The position numbers and the translations under genes were made by a program. Below, piece after piece: positions 57,556 to 64,000 of a stretch of DNA of 64,000 nucleotides (position 1 is its first letter; every line of letters begins with the position of its first letter). The notes beneath the pieces are model-generated. The model had not been told where the DNA came from. It saw only the letters and a program-made list of their open reading frames with translations, and did not search any database. The stretch lies in assembly GCA_963830915.1 (NCBI GenBank), contig CAWHOE010000010.1, positions 32,001 to 96,000 on the forward strand, in the 5' to 3' direction. This DNA is from a candidate division FCPU426 bacterium. Lineage in GTDB: Bacteria > Oederibacteriota > Muellerivitia > Muellerivitales > Muellerivitaceae.

Positions 57556-60500
57556 TTATCGGGTAATTAGCCATTTCATGACGGAATTACGGGGGGAGGA
57601 GGGGCTTTGGGTGGTGGATACCTGCACATAGTAGAGGCCGTTGGCCAGGAGTTTGCCGTTCTTGTCCGCCATCGGCAGGGTGATCACTTGTCCCGGACTT
57701 ACCTGGCCATAATCCTTCTCGAATATCACCCTGAACGACAAGGTATATACCCGCACCTTGATCTTGACGGCGCTTATCAAACCCAGGTCGATCGAGAGGG
57801 GTGAGGTGTCGAGGGAGGGGTTGGGATAAAGCACCATGGGATGGAAGAAAGGTGTCGCCGTTATTGTTGGAGTATCTGTATCGACGGCCGTGAGGGTTGG
57901 GGTGGAAGTGGAAGAAGGCGTGAATGTTTGGGTCGGCGTGTATGTGGGTGAGGGTGTGAAGGTCTTGGTTGGCGTGTAAGTGATAGTAGACGTGGATGTA
58001 GGTGTCCCTGTATTGAAAATAGTAAGGGAGGGCGTGAAAGTGGGGGTTTGTGTTGACGTCGGAAGTCCAGAAGTGGGGCTGGGGGTCGGCGTGCCGTTCA
58101 AGAGGTCGACCGAATCCACGTAGACCGTTCCCGTCCAGGCTGACGAAGGAATGACCTGGATGCCCATCTGCATCACCTGGGAGATATTGGCGACCCCCGT
58201 AGTATTGAATAGGATGGTGTTCCAGGTCCCGGGGACCAGGGCATCCAGGGGCCCCGCTTGCCAGCTGTAAGAACTGGTCAACTTCATGAAGATATCGGCC
58301 TTGCTTCCGACCGGGAAATTCGCCGGCACGAAGACATGGGCGATCACGGCCTTGCCGGTAAGGTCCATCGCGGTCGAATAGGGAATGCCCACCTCGACAT
58401 CGTTAGTGGTGAAACTGACGCCCACCTGGAGGGAATGACTGCCGAGGTAAAAGAAGGACGTGGTATTCAGTTCCGACACCGCCCCGTTGTTCAGATAGGT
58501 CCACCCCATGAGCGTGCCGTCCTCGAAGGGGTAGAGCGAGTTGTCCGCTCCCGCGGGTGTGGGACTCAATGTGGGGGAAAAGGTCTGGGTGGGTGTGGGC
58601 GAAATGGTCGGCGTATTGGTGATGGTCGGCGTCGGGGTATACCAGGTCCCCGTGGGGGTAGGTGTCTTCGTGAAGGTCCAGGTGGGGGTGGGCGTGACGG
58701 TGGGGATCGCCCCATACAGGGCCACCTGGTCCAGCAGGAAATAATAAGCCCCGATGGTCGGGCTCACGACATCGAACTTAACTCCCGTCATGTCCGTTCC
58801 CGTCGGGGGAAGCCCGGTCTGAGTGCCCCAACCCGCTTGGGTCATGGTCGAAAAGGGAATTTGGACCAGATGCCAATTACCGTCCGCCACCACCGCGACG
58901 TTCACCCCCAGGTAATCGCCCGTCGTGACACCAGCGCTGGTTATCTGGGCCCGGTAGGTGTGGCCGGTCACATCCCCATAAATATAGAACTCGATACCCG
59001 AATACCCCGCGGCCACGGCGTTGTAGGCGGCCATGCCGGGTTTGAGGTAGGACAGGTAATTGCAGTAGCCACCGGTAGCCAGGTTCCCGTAAACGCTGAC
59101 GCCTGTGCTGGTGGAATTGGCCCCTGGGTTGGTATAGGCCACCAGCAGGGCCGTGGCGTTCCCCGTGGGCCCGGCATAGGCCCCCCAAGGCTGGCCCCAA
59201 AGATTGTTGCGGGTGGCCGGGCTGACCAGATTGTTCTCGTCAAAATCATCGATCATACTGACCGCGATATTGGAAGTGGCCGTGGGCGTCAAACTGTAGG
59301 TCTGGGTGGGGGTTTGGGTTGGCGTGGAGGTGTACCAGGTTCCGGTGGGGGTGAAGGTAGGCGTGCGGTCGTCATGGCCTGTTCCCTGCAGATAGATCGT
59401 ATAGGGCGTCTTGTGGGGGGTGTTGTTGGGGATCTGGAGAATGGCCTGGGCCAAGCCAGAGAATGTTGGCTGGAAAGCGACCTTGAAGGTGGCCGTGCCT
59501 CCCGCCGTCAGGGTGCTGACCGAAGGCTGGGCGACCACGGCGAATTCGGTCGCGTTGGGGCCGGTCAGCCGAACCAAGCTGGTTCCGCCATTGGCCAATC
59601 CGGTGAGGCTCAAGGAAGCCAGGGCGGTGGAGGAGTCGGCCAGGGTGAAGGTCTCGGTCACGGGCAGGCTGAAGCCCACGTTCCCGAAATCGGTTCCGTC
59701 GCCGGTGGAAGGGGTGAAGTTCAGGTCCTGGATGGTCACGGCTCCCGGTCCCAAGACCGTCATGTCCGAATAGAGGGCGGTCTGGAAGGGAGACGCCAGG
59801 TACCCGTTCACGTCGGACAGGTTCGCTACCGGCCCGTTGGTGTCGACCGGGTCCCAGCCCCAGGCGTAGCGGACCATGGCGGGGTTGGAAACCGAGGGAC
59901 TGCTCACGGCCACCGTGTTACCCACGATGGTGGCGGCGGCGAAAACCCAGCCCGCCGTATCGGGGTCCGCGCTGGCGGCGGCGATCTGGAAACCGGTGAC
60001 GGGCTGGGCGTCGCTCGTGGAAAGCCCGGGCGTGCCGTTGGGGAAGGTGAATAGGATCGTTACCGTGGAACCGCTCACCTGGAAGGATTGGTACAGGGGC
60101 CCGGTGAAGGAGAGAGGGTCCGAATTCCCGTAGACCTGTTCCATGGCCCAGGGGGCCAGGCGGGCGGCGAAGGCTTCCTTGTTCATGGGATGGTAGGAGA
60201 TCGCCGCGTCGCAATTGAGCGCCTGGGCGTTCAGGTCGAAGTTCACGCTCATGCCCGTCAAGGGCAGCTTCAAGGCGTTGAACTGGCCCCAGCGCACATC
60301 GGCGATGCTCACGTTGGCCAGGGGGGAATAGGGTTCGGTGCCGGTCCAATAGGTGCAGGGGGAGGAGGCCGTGTTCATGTTCGCGATGTTCTGCAATTGG
60401 ACGATATAAAAGGGAAGGACGCCGTTCCATTTCACGCGCCAGTCCTTGATGAGCGAGGCCAAGATGAGCGGGTATTGCTCGGGGGGAAGCCAGCCATGGA

Positions 60501-61332
60501 AATTACCCGGGGAGATGGTGTTGCCCTCGTTGGTCTCGCCCTGGTCCCAGAACACGGCCCGGAGGTTGAAGGCCGTCAGGGGGGCGATCATGGCGTTGTA
60601 ACAACCCGTGGGCCAGGAATCGGAAGGGGTCGAGCTGTAATTGGTCAAGGAAACGGCCGCGGGATACATGGCCGGGTCGGAGAGGATGGCCTGCGAGCTC
60701 ATGAAGGCTTCAGCCGGCATACCGCCATAAGCGGATTGGATGAGCCCGATGGGTACGTTCTCCCTTTGGTAAAGGTCCCGGCCGAGGTAATAGGCGAGAC
60801 CGGAAAAATTCCCCACGTTGGCGGTGTTGGCCGGTGTGCAGGTGAACCAGCTGTTGAGGGGGATGTCGGATAAGGGGAATTGCTGGATGCCGTCAGCGAT
60901 ATGAAGCATGCGGATATTCGGGAAATTGGCGGTGGCGGCGTCGGAGGATCCGTTGGGCGTACATTCGGCGAGGTAGACATCGTCCATGTTGGATTGCCCC
61001 GAACACAGGAAGATATCCCCCACGACCACGTTGGAATAAGTGATCGAGTTGCTGGATCCCTGGACCTGAAGGGATTGGCCGGTCGAGTTGGCCGTCATGG
61101 AGGAAAGGGTCACTGACCAGGAACCGGAAGCGTTCGCCACACCGGTGACGGTTTGAGTGCCAAAGGTGACCGTCACTGGCTCGCCGACGTTGGCGGTCCC
61201 ATAGATGTTCACCGGACCGTTCCTCTGCAGGATCATGTTGTTGCTGAAGATGTTGGCGAAAGCCACTGTGGCCCTGGTCGGGGAAACCAGCGATAGGATC
61301 AGGAGAATGAACGCTATTATCTTGAAGTTCAT
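57556..61332 (-). CDS. secreted multidomain sialate O-acetylesterase (SASA/SGNH) with Ig-like and two CBM-like domains, Thr/Pro linkers and T9SS-like C-terminal domain
   Basis: AAGGAG RBS; NMILQR, SGQSNM, DQGETN, YHPMNK, VRYAW; IDDFD and FEDG CBM-like starts; LYPNP...NGLYY...KWLITR. Confidence 0.88.
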   Translation of the reverse strand: MNFKIIAFILLILSLVSPTRATVAFANIFSNNMILQRNGPVNIYGTANVGEPVTVTFGTQTVTGVANASGSWSVTLSSMTANSTGQSLQVQGSSNSITYSNVVVGDIFLCSGQSNMDDVYLAECTPNGSSDAATANFPNIRMLHIADGIQQFPLSDIPLNSWFTCTPANTANVGNFSGLAYYLGRDLYQRENVPIGLIQSAYGGMPAEAFMSSQAILSDPAMYPAAVSLTNYSSTPSDSWPTGCYNAMIAPLTAFNLRAVFWDQGETNEGNTISPGNFHGWLPPEQYPLILASLIKDWRVKWNGVLPFYIVQLQNIANMNTASSPCTYWTGTEPYSPLANVSIADVRWGQFNALKLPLTGMSVNFDLNAQALNCDAAISYHPMNKEAFAARLAPWAMEQVYGNSDPLSFTGPLYQSFQVSGSTVTILFTFPNGTPGLSTSDAQPVTGFQIAAASADPDTAGWVFAAATIVGNTVAVSSPSVSNPAMVRYAWGWDPVDTNGPVANLSDVNGYLASPFQTALYSDMTVLGPGAVTIQDLNFTPSTGDGTDFGNVGFSLPVTETFTLADSSTALASLSLTGLANGGTSLVRLTGPNATEFAVVAQPSVSTLTAGGTATFKVAFQPTFSGLAQAILQIPNNTPHKTPYTIYLQGTGHDDRTPTFTPTGTWYTSTPTQTPTQTYSLTPTATSNIAVSMIDDFDENNLVSPATRNNLWGQPWGAYAGPTGNATALLVAYTNPGANSTSTGVSVYGNLATGGYCNYLSYLKPGMAAYNAVAAGYSGIEFYIYGDVTGHTYRAQITSAGVTTGDYLGVNVAVVADGNWHLVQIPFSTMTQAGWGTQTGLPPTGTDMTGVKFDVVSPTIGAYYFLLDQVALYGAIPTVTPTPTWTFTKTPTPTGTWYTPTPTITNTPTISPTPTQTFSPTLSPTPAGADNSLYPFEDGTLMGWTYLNNGAVSELNTTSFFYLGSHSLQVGVSFTTNDVEVGIPYSTAMDLTGKAVIAHVFVPANFPVGSKADIFMKLTSSYSWQAGPLDALVPGTWNTILFNTTGVANISQVMQMGIQVIPSSAWTGTVYVDSVDLLNGTPTPSPTSGLPTSTQTPTFTPSLTIFNTGTPTSTSTITYTPTKTFTPSPTYTPTQTFTPSSTSTPTLTAVDTDTPTITATPFFHPMVLYPNPSLDTSPLSIDLGLISAVKIKVRVYTLSFRVIFEKDYGQVSPGQVITLPMADKNGKLLANGLYYVQVSTTQSPSSPRNSVMKWLITR

Positions 61333-61358
61333 GATAGGTTCTCCTTAGGCGGTTTTTG

Positions 61359-61372
61359 TGAAACCGCTTTCA
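61359..61372. promoter_or_regulatory. LacI/CcpA-type operator
   Basis: TGAAACCGCTTTCA near-palindrome with central CG, 27 nt upstream of the esterase start. Confidence 0.6.
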
Positions 61373-61618
61373 TTTTTGAAGGTCCAGAAAAAGAAAAAAT
61401 GTTCAACCGGAATTGCGAAGAGACCTTCTACGAAAAGATCGATGGTTAGTTGTTTATTATTATATTGTCCCCAATGTTTCTTCCAACGAAATTAGGGTTT
61501 TTCTAATTTTATGACTGGGAATTTCCGAAAAGAATCCAATCGTGTTTCATGGTTTTATTGCCTGTGTGGCGGAGTGGTTCCCCGATGGAACGGGCGCAGG
61601 TTGCGGCTGAAATCAACC

Positions 61619-62629
61619 TTACGGATGATCGGATGGGGAAAGGGTTTGGGAGAAATAGCTGAAGGTATTGCGGATTCTCTTGGCGTGATAAACGGCCGCG
61701 TCGGCGTTCTTGATGAGCTTTTCGATGGTATCCCCATCCTCAGGAAAAAGGCTGGCGCCGATACTGCAGGTGATATGGATGGTATTTCCCCCGATCTCAA
61801 TGGGGCTGGAAAGATATTCCAGTATCTTCCGTCCTACCATGGAAGCGTCGGAGGGCTGGGCCAGGCCGTTCAGGATAACGGTAAATTCGTCCCCGCCCTG
61901 GCGGGCCACCGTATCGCCCTCTCGCAGGCAAAGCCTTATCCTCTCGGCAGTTTCCCGTAAAAGCAGGTCTCCCATCGGATGGCCCAAGGAATCGTTCACC
62001 TGTTTGAAGTGGTCCAGGTCGATGAAAAGCACGGCCAGGGGCTTGGCGTTCCGCACCGATTGGGCCATGGCCTGGGAGAGCCGGTCGTAAAAAAGGAGCC
62101 GGTTGGGCAGGCCGGTCAAGGTGTCGTGATGGGCTATGTGGTAAAGCTGGGCCTGCTTTTGTTCCGTGACTTCCTTGATGAGCCGGTGGCCCGTGCCGAT
62201 GCCCCGGTATTTCCCATCCTCTGTGATGATGAAACCCTCGTATAAGTACTTTTCCTCCTCGTCGGCGATGATGGAGCTCAGGTCGTCCAAATGGACCGTG
62301 CTTTCCACCGAAAGGAAGTTCTTTTCCATGACCATGGCGATGGGTTTGCGCTCGTAGATCTCCCGGAAGAACCTGCGGGAAAAGCGGTCGACCAGGGCGA
62401 AGCGGTTCACCAGCCCGACTGGGGTTTCTCCATCCACCACCGCGATGGATTGTATGGAGATGTCGTTGGCGAAAATGCGGTAAACATCCTCGCAGGGCAC
62501 GCTGGGGGCGACCGGGAGCACTGGCACGAGCAGGCGCTGGATGAACTGGCTCGGGTTGGTTTTTTTGTTTTCCAGAAGGGCAGAGGTGGAAAGGGGTTGA
62601 CTCTTGTTCGTCATTTGCGGCACCGCCAT
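61619..62629 (-). CDS. CBS-domain diguanylate cyclase
   Basis: CBS pair; DTLTGLPNR, DLDHFKQVND, REGD I-site five residues before GGDEF, ADAAVY. Confidence 0.92.
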   Translation of the reverse strand: MAVPQMTNKSQPLSTSALLENKKTNPSQFIQRLLVPVLPVAPSVPCEDVYRIFANDISIQSIAVVDGETPVGLVNRFALVDRFSRRFFREIYERKPIAMVMEKNFLSVESTVHLDDLSSIIADEEEKYLYEGFIITEDGKYRGIGTGHRLIKEVTEQKQAQLYHIAHHDTLTGLPNRLLFYDRLSQAMAQSVRNAKPLAVLFIDLDHFKQVNDSLGHPMGDLLLRETAERIRLCLREGDTVARQGGDEFTVILNGLAQPSDASMVGRKILEYLSSPIEIGGNTIHITCSIGASLFPEDGDTIEKLIKNADAAVYHAKRIRNTFSYFSQTLSPSDHP

Positions 62630-63077
62630 AAGAAAGACTAGGGTTATCCTATGGGAAGGCCGTCGGGATGGGTTTCTTGCGTGTAAAAAGTGATGTTAAA
62701 TTTTGGGGCCGGAATGCCCGCCCAACAATGGGAAAGCGCTTATTATTTTAAAATGGTGAAACACAGGGGGTTCATTTCATCTCCTTTTACCCCATCCTTT
62801 TTTGGAAGAGGGTAACAGAGAAAGTTTATCCAGCCTCTCCCTTTTCCACTAGCTCGTGGTCGATTAATGAAATATTTGTGATTCGTTAAACCTTGTTTTG
62901 GTTTGCGGAAAATCTGTCGGACTGACCAGCGACTTGTTTTAACCAAGTTTTCAATCCCATTGGAAGCATCTATACTGCCGAGGTCTTTCTAATAAAAAAT
63001 TTAATGGCTCCGTGCTTCGGAAGAAAATAAGTGGGCCGAATGTTATTGGTCCGACATCTTGAGTCCGAAAATATTTG

Positions 63078-64000
63078 ATGGGCACTATGGAAAATACGAT
63101 CAATAAAAAAACAGATGCATTCCTCATCCTTCTTCTCCTCTTTGCCCTGAGTTTGCCTGGTTTTGCCCTGGCCCAATGTTCGGGTGACCTGATAGTCCCC
63201 AGTGGGAGCGCCACCGCTTTGTCGGGGACCTATAACTTTTGTTCCGTTTATATCGCGGGGTCGGTCACCGCGATGGGACAATTAACATTTAATGTGTCTG
63301 GGGGCGGAGGGGTGACATTGGATACGGGAGGCCAGATCATCATGACCCAATTCTCCGCGGGTACCTGCGGAGGACCGGGGGATGGTACGGGCGGAGGCGG
63401 GGGCGCGGGTGGGGGTGGTTTATTGGGTGGAGCGGGCGGTGGTACCTCGGGCGGTGGAGTCGGAGGCACGGACGCGACGAATGGCTACGGGGGTTGCGGG
63501 AGCGGGTCAGTACCGGACCAGGGGGGCGCGGAGGGAGGCGCGGTCACCATCAACGCGACCGGAGGGGCGATCGTCCTGAATGGTTCCATCGCCGCGGATG
63601 GGTACTCGGGCGTGCCCGGCTACTGTATTGGAGCCATTTGCGGCGGCGGTGGCGGTGGACTTGGAGGCACGGTGGTGGTCACAGGCCAGACCATATCAGG
63701 CGGTGGGTCTGTCGAGGCCAACGGGGGCAATGGAGGTGCGGGAAAAAGAGCCCTTGGTGATGTAAGTGACATATATAACGGGGGCGGCGGGGGAGCGGGC
63801 GGGGAGATATTGTTCTGCGCCCCGGGAGGGAATAGCTTCACCGGAACGACCCTTACCAACGGCGGGGCGCCCGGCGGCACGGTTGGGACGGGAGGGCCCT
63901 ATGGTGGCAGCGCGGGGTTTTATAACGCGAACGCCTGCCCGCCGACCAATACCCCAACCTTCACCCCGACGGATACGGCCACCCTGACCCCGACCAATAC
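63078..64000 (+). CDS. secreted glycine-rich protein with Thr/Pro stalk (runs off the window; absent from the ORF track)
   Basis: Open frame from ATG 63078/63087: signal peptide ...PGFALA-QC, GGGGGAGGG tracts, then PTNTPTFTPTDT. Confidence 0.8.
   Translation, partial: MGTMENTINKKTDAFLILLLLFALSLPGFALAQCSGDLIVPSGSATALSGTYNFCSVYIAGSVTAMGQLTFNVSGGGGVTLDTGGQIIMTQFSAGTCGGPGDGTGGGGGAGGGGLLGGAGGGTSGGGVGGTDATNGYGGCGSGSVPDQGGAEGGAVTINATGGAIVLNGSIAADGYSGVPGYCIGAICGGGGGGLGGTVVVTGQTISGGGSVEANGGNGGAGKRALGDVSDIYNGGGGGAGGEILFCAPGGNSFTGTTLTNGGAPGGTVGTGGPYGGSAGFYNANACPPTNTPTFTPTDTATLTPTN

Noticed and set aside
58258..60054. 598-aa plus-strand ORF and other long antisense ORFs (604-1956, 8090-8971, 39405-40178, 60088-60873)
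   Set aside because: Shadow frames of well-supported genes on the opposite strand, with no motifs.
61560..61601. tRNA-like start GCCTGTGTGGCGGAGTGGT able to pair with CGCAGGT
   Set aside because: Only about 42 nt, with no anticodon arm, TTC loop or CCA; probably chance.

Overview
A 64 kb bacterial chromosomal window with about 50 CDS and no rRNA, complete tRNA, CRISPR array or transposase that I can support. Frequent Shine-Dalgarno sites and TAnnnT -10 hexamers argue against a typical Bacteroidota host; the style resembles uncultured lineages such as candidate division FCPU426 (inference only). Three themes dominate. (1) A large secreted and surface proteome built from Thr/Pro stalks: six signal-peptide proteins (vWA x2, Kelch, L-type lectin, S53 protease, SASA esterase) end in a T9SS/FlgD-Ig-like C-terminal domain, one sits directly upstream of a PorV/PorQ-like beta-barrel gene, and four lipoproteins carry stalks but no such domain. 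(2) A phosphate/polyphosphate cluster (about 33-43 kb): ROK/PPGK-like kinase, PHP esterase, receiver protein, phoB-phoR, ppx with two coupled dTMP-kinase-like genes (candidate heteromeric PPK3) and a PAP2 phosphatase, with 11-bp-spaced Pho-box-like repeats at several promoters. (3) Stress and carbohydrate genes (umuDC, ric, tspO, trpB2, GH10, GH3, a CBS-GGDEF cyclase) with candidate LexA-, CRP/FNR-, LacI- and ECF-sigma sites. All calls come from reading motifs by eye; no searches were run.
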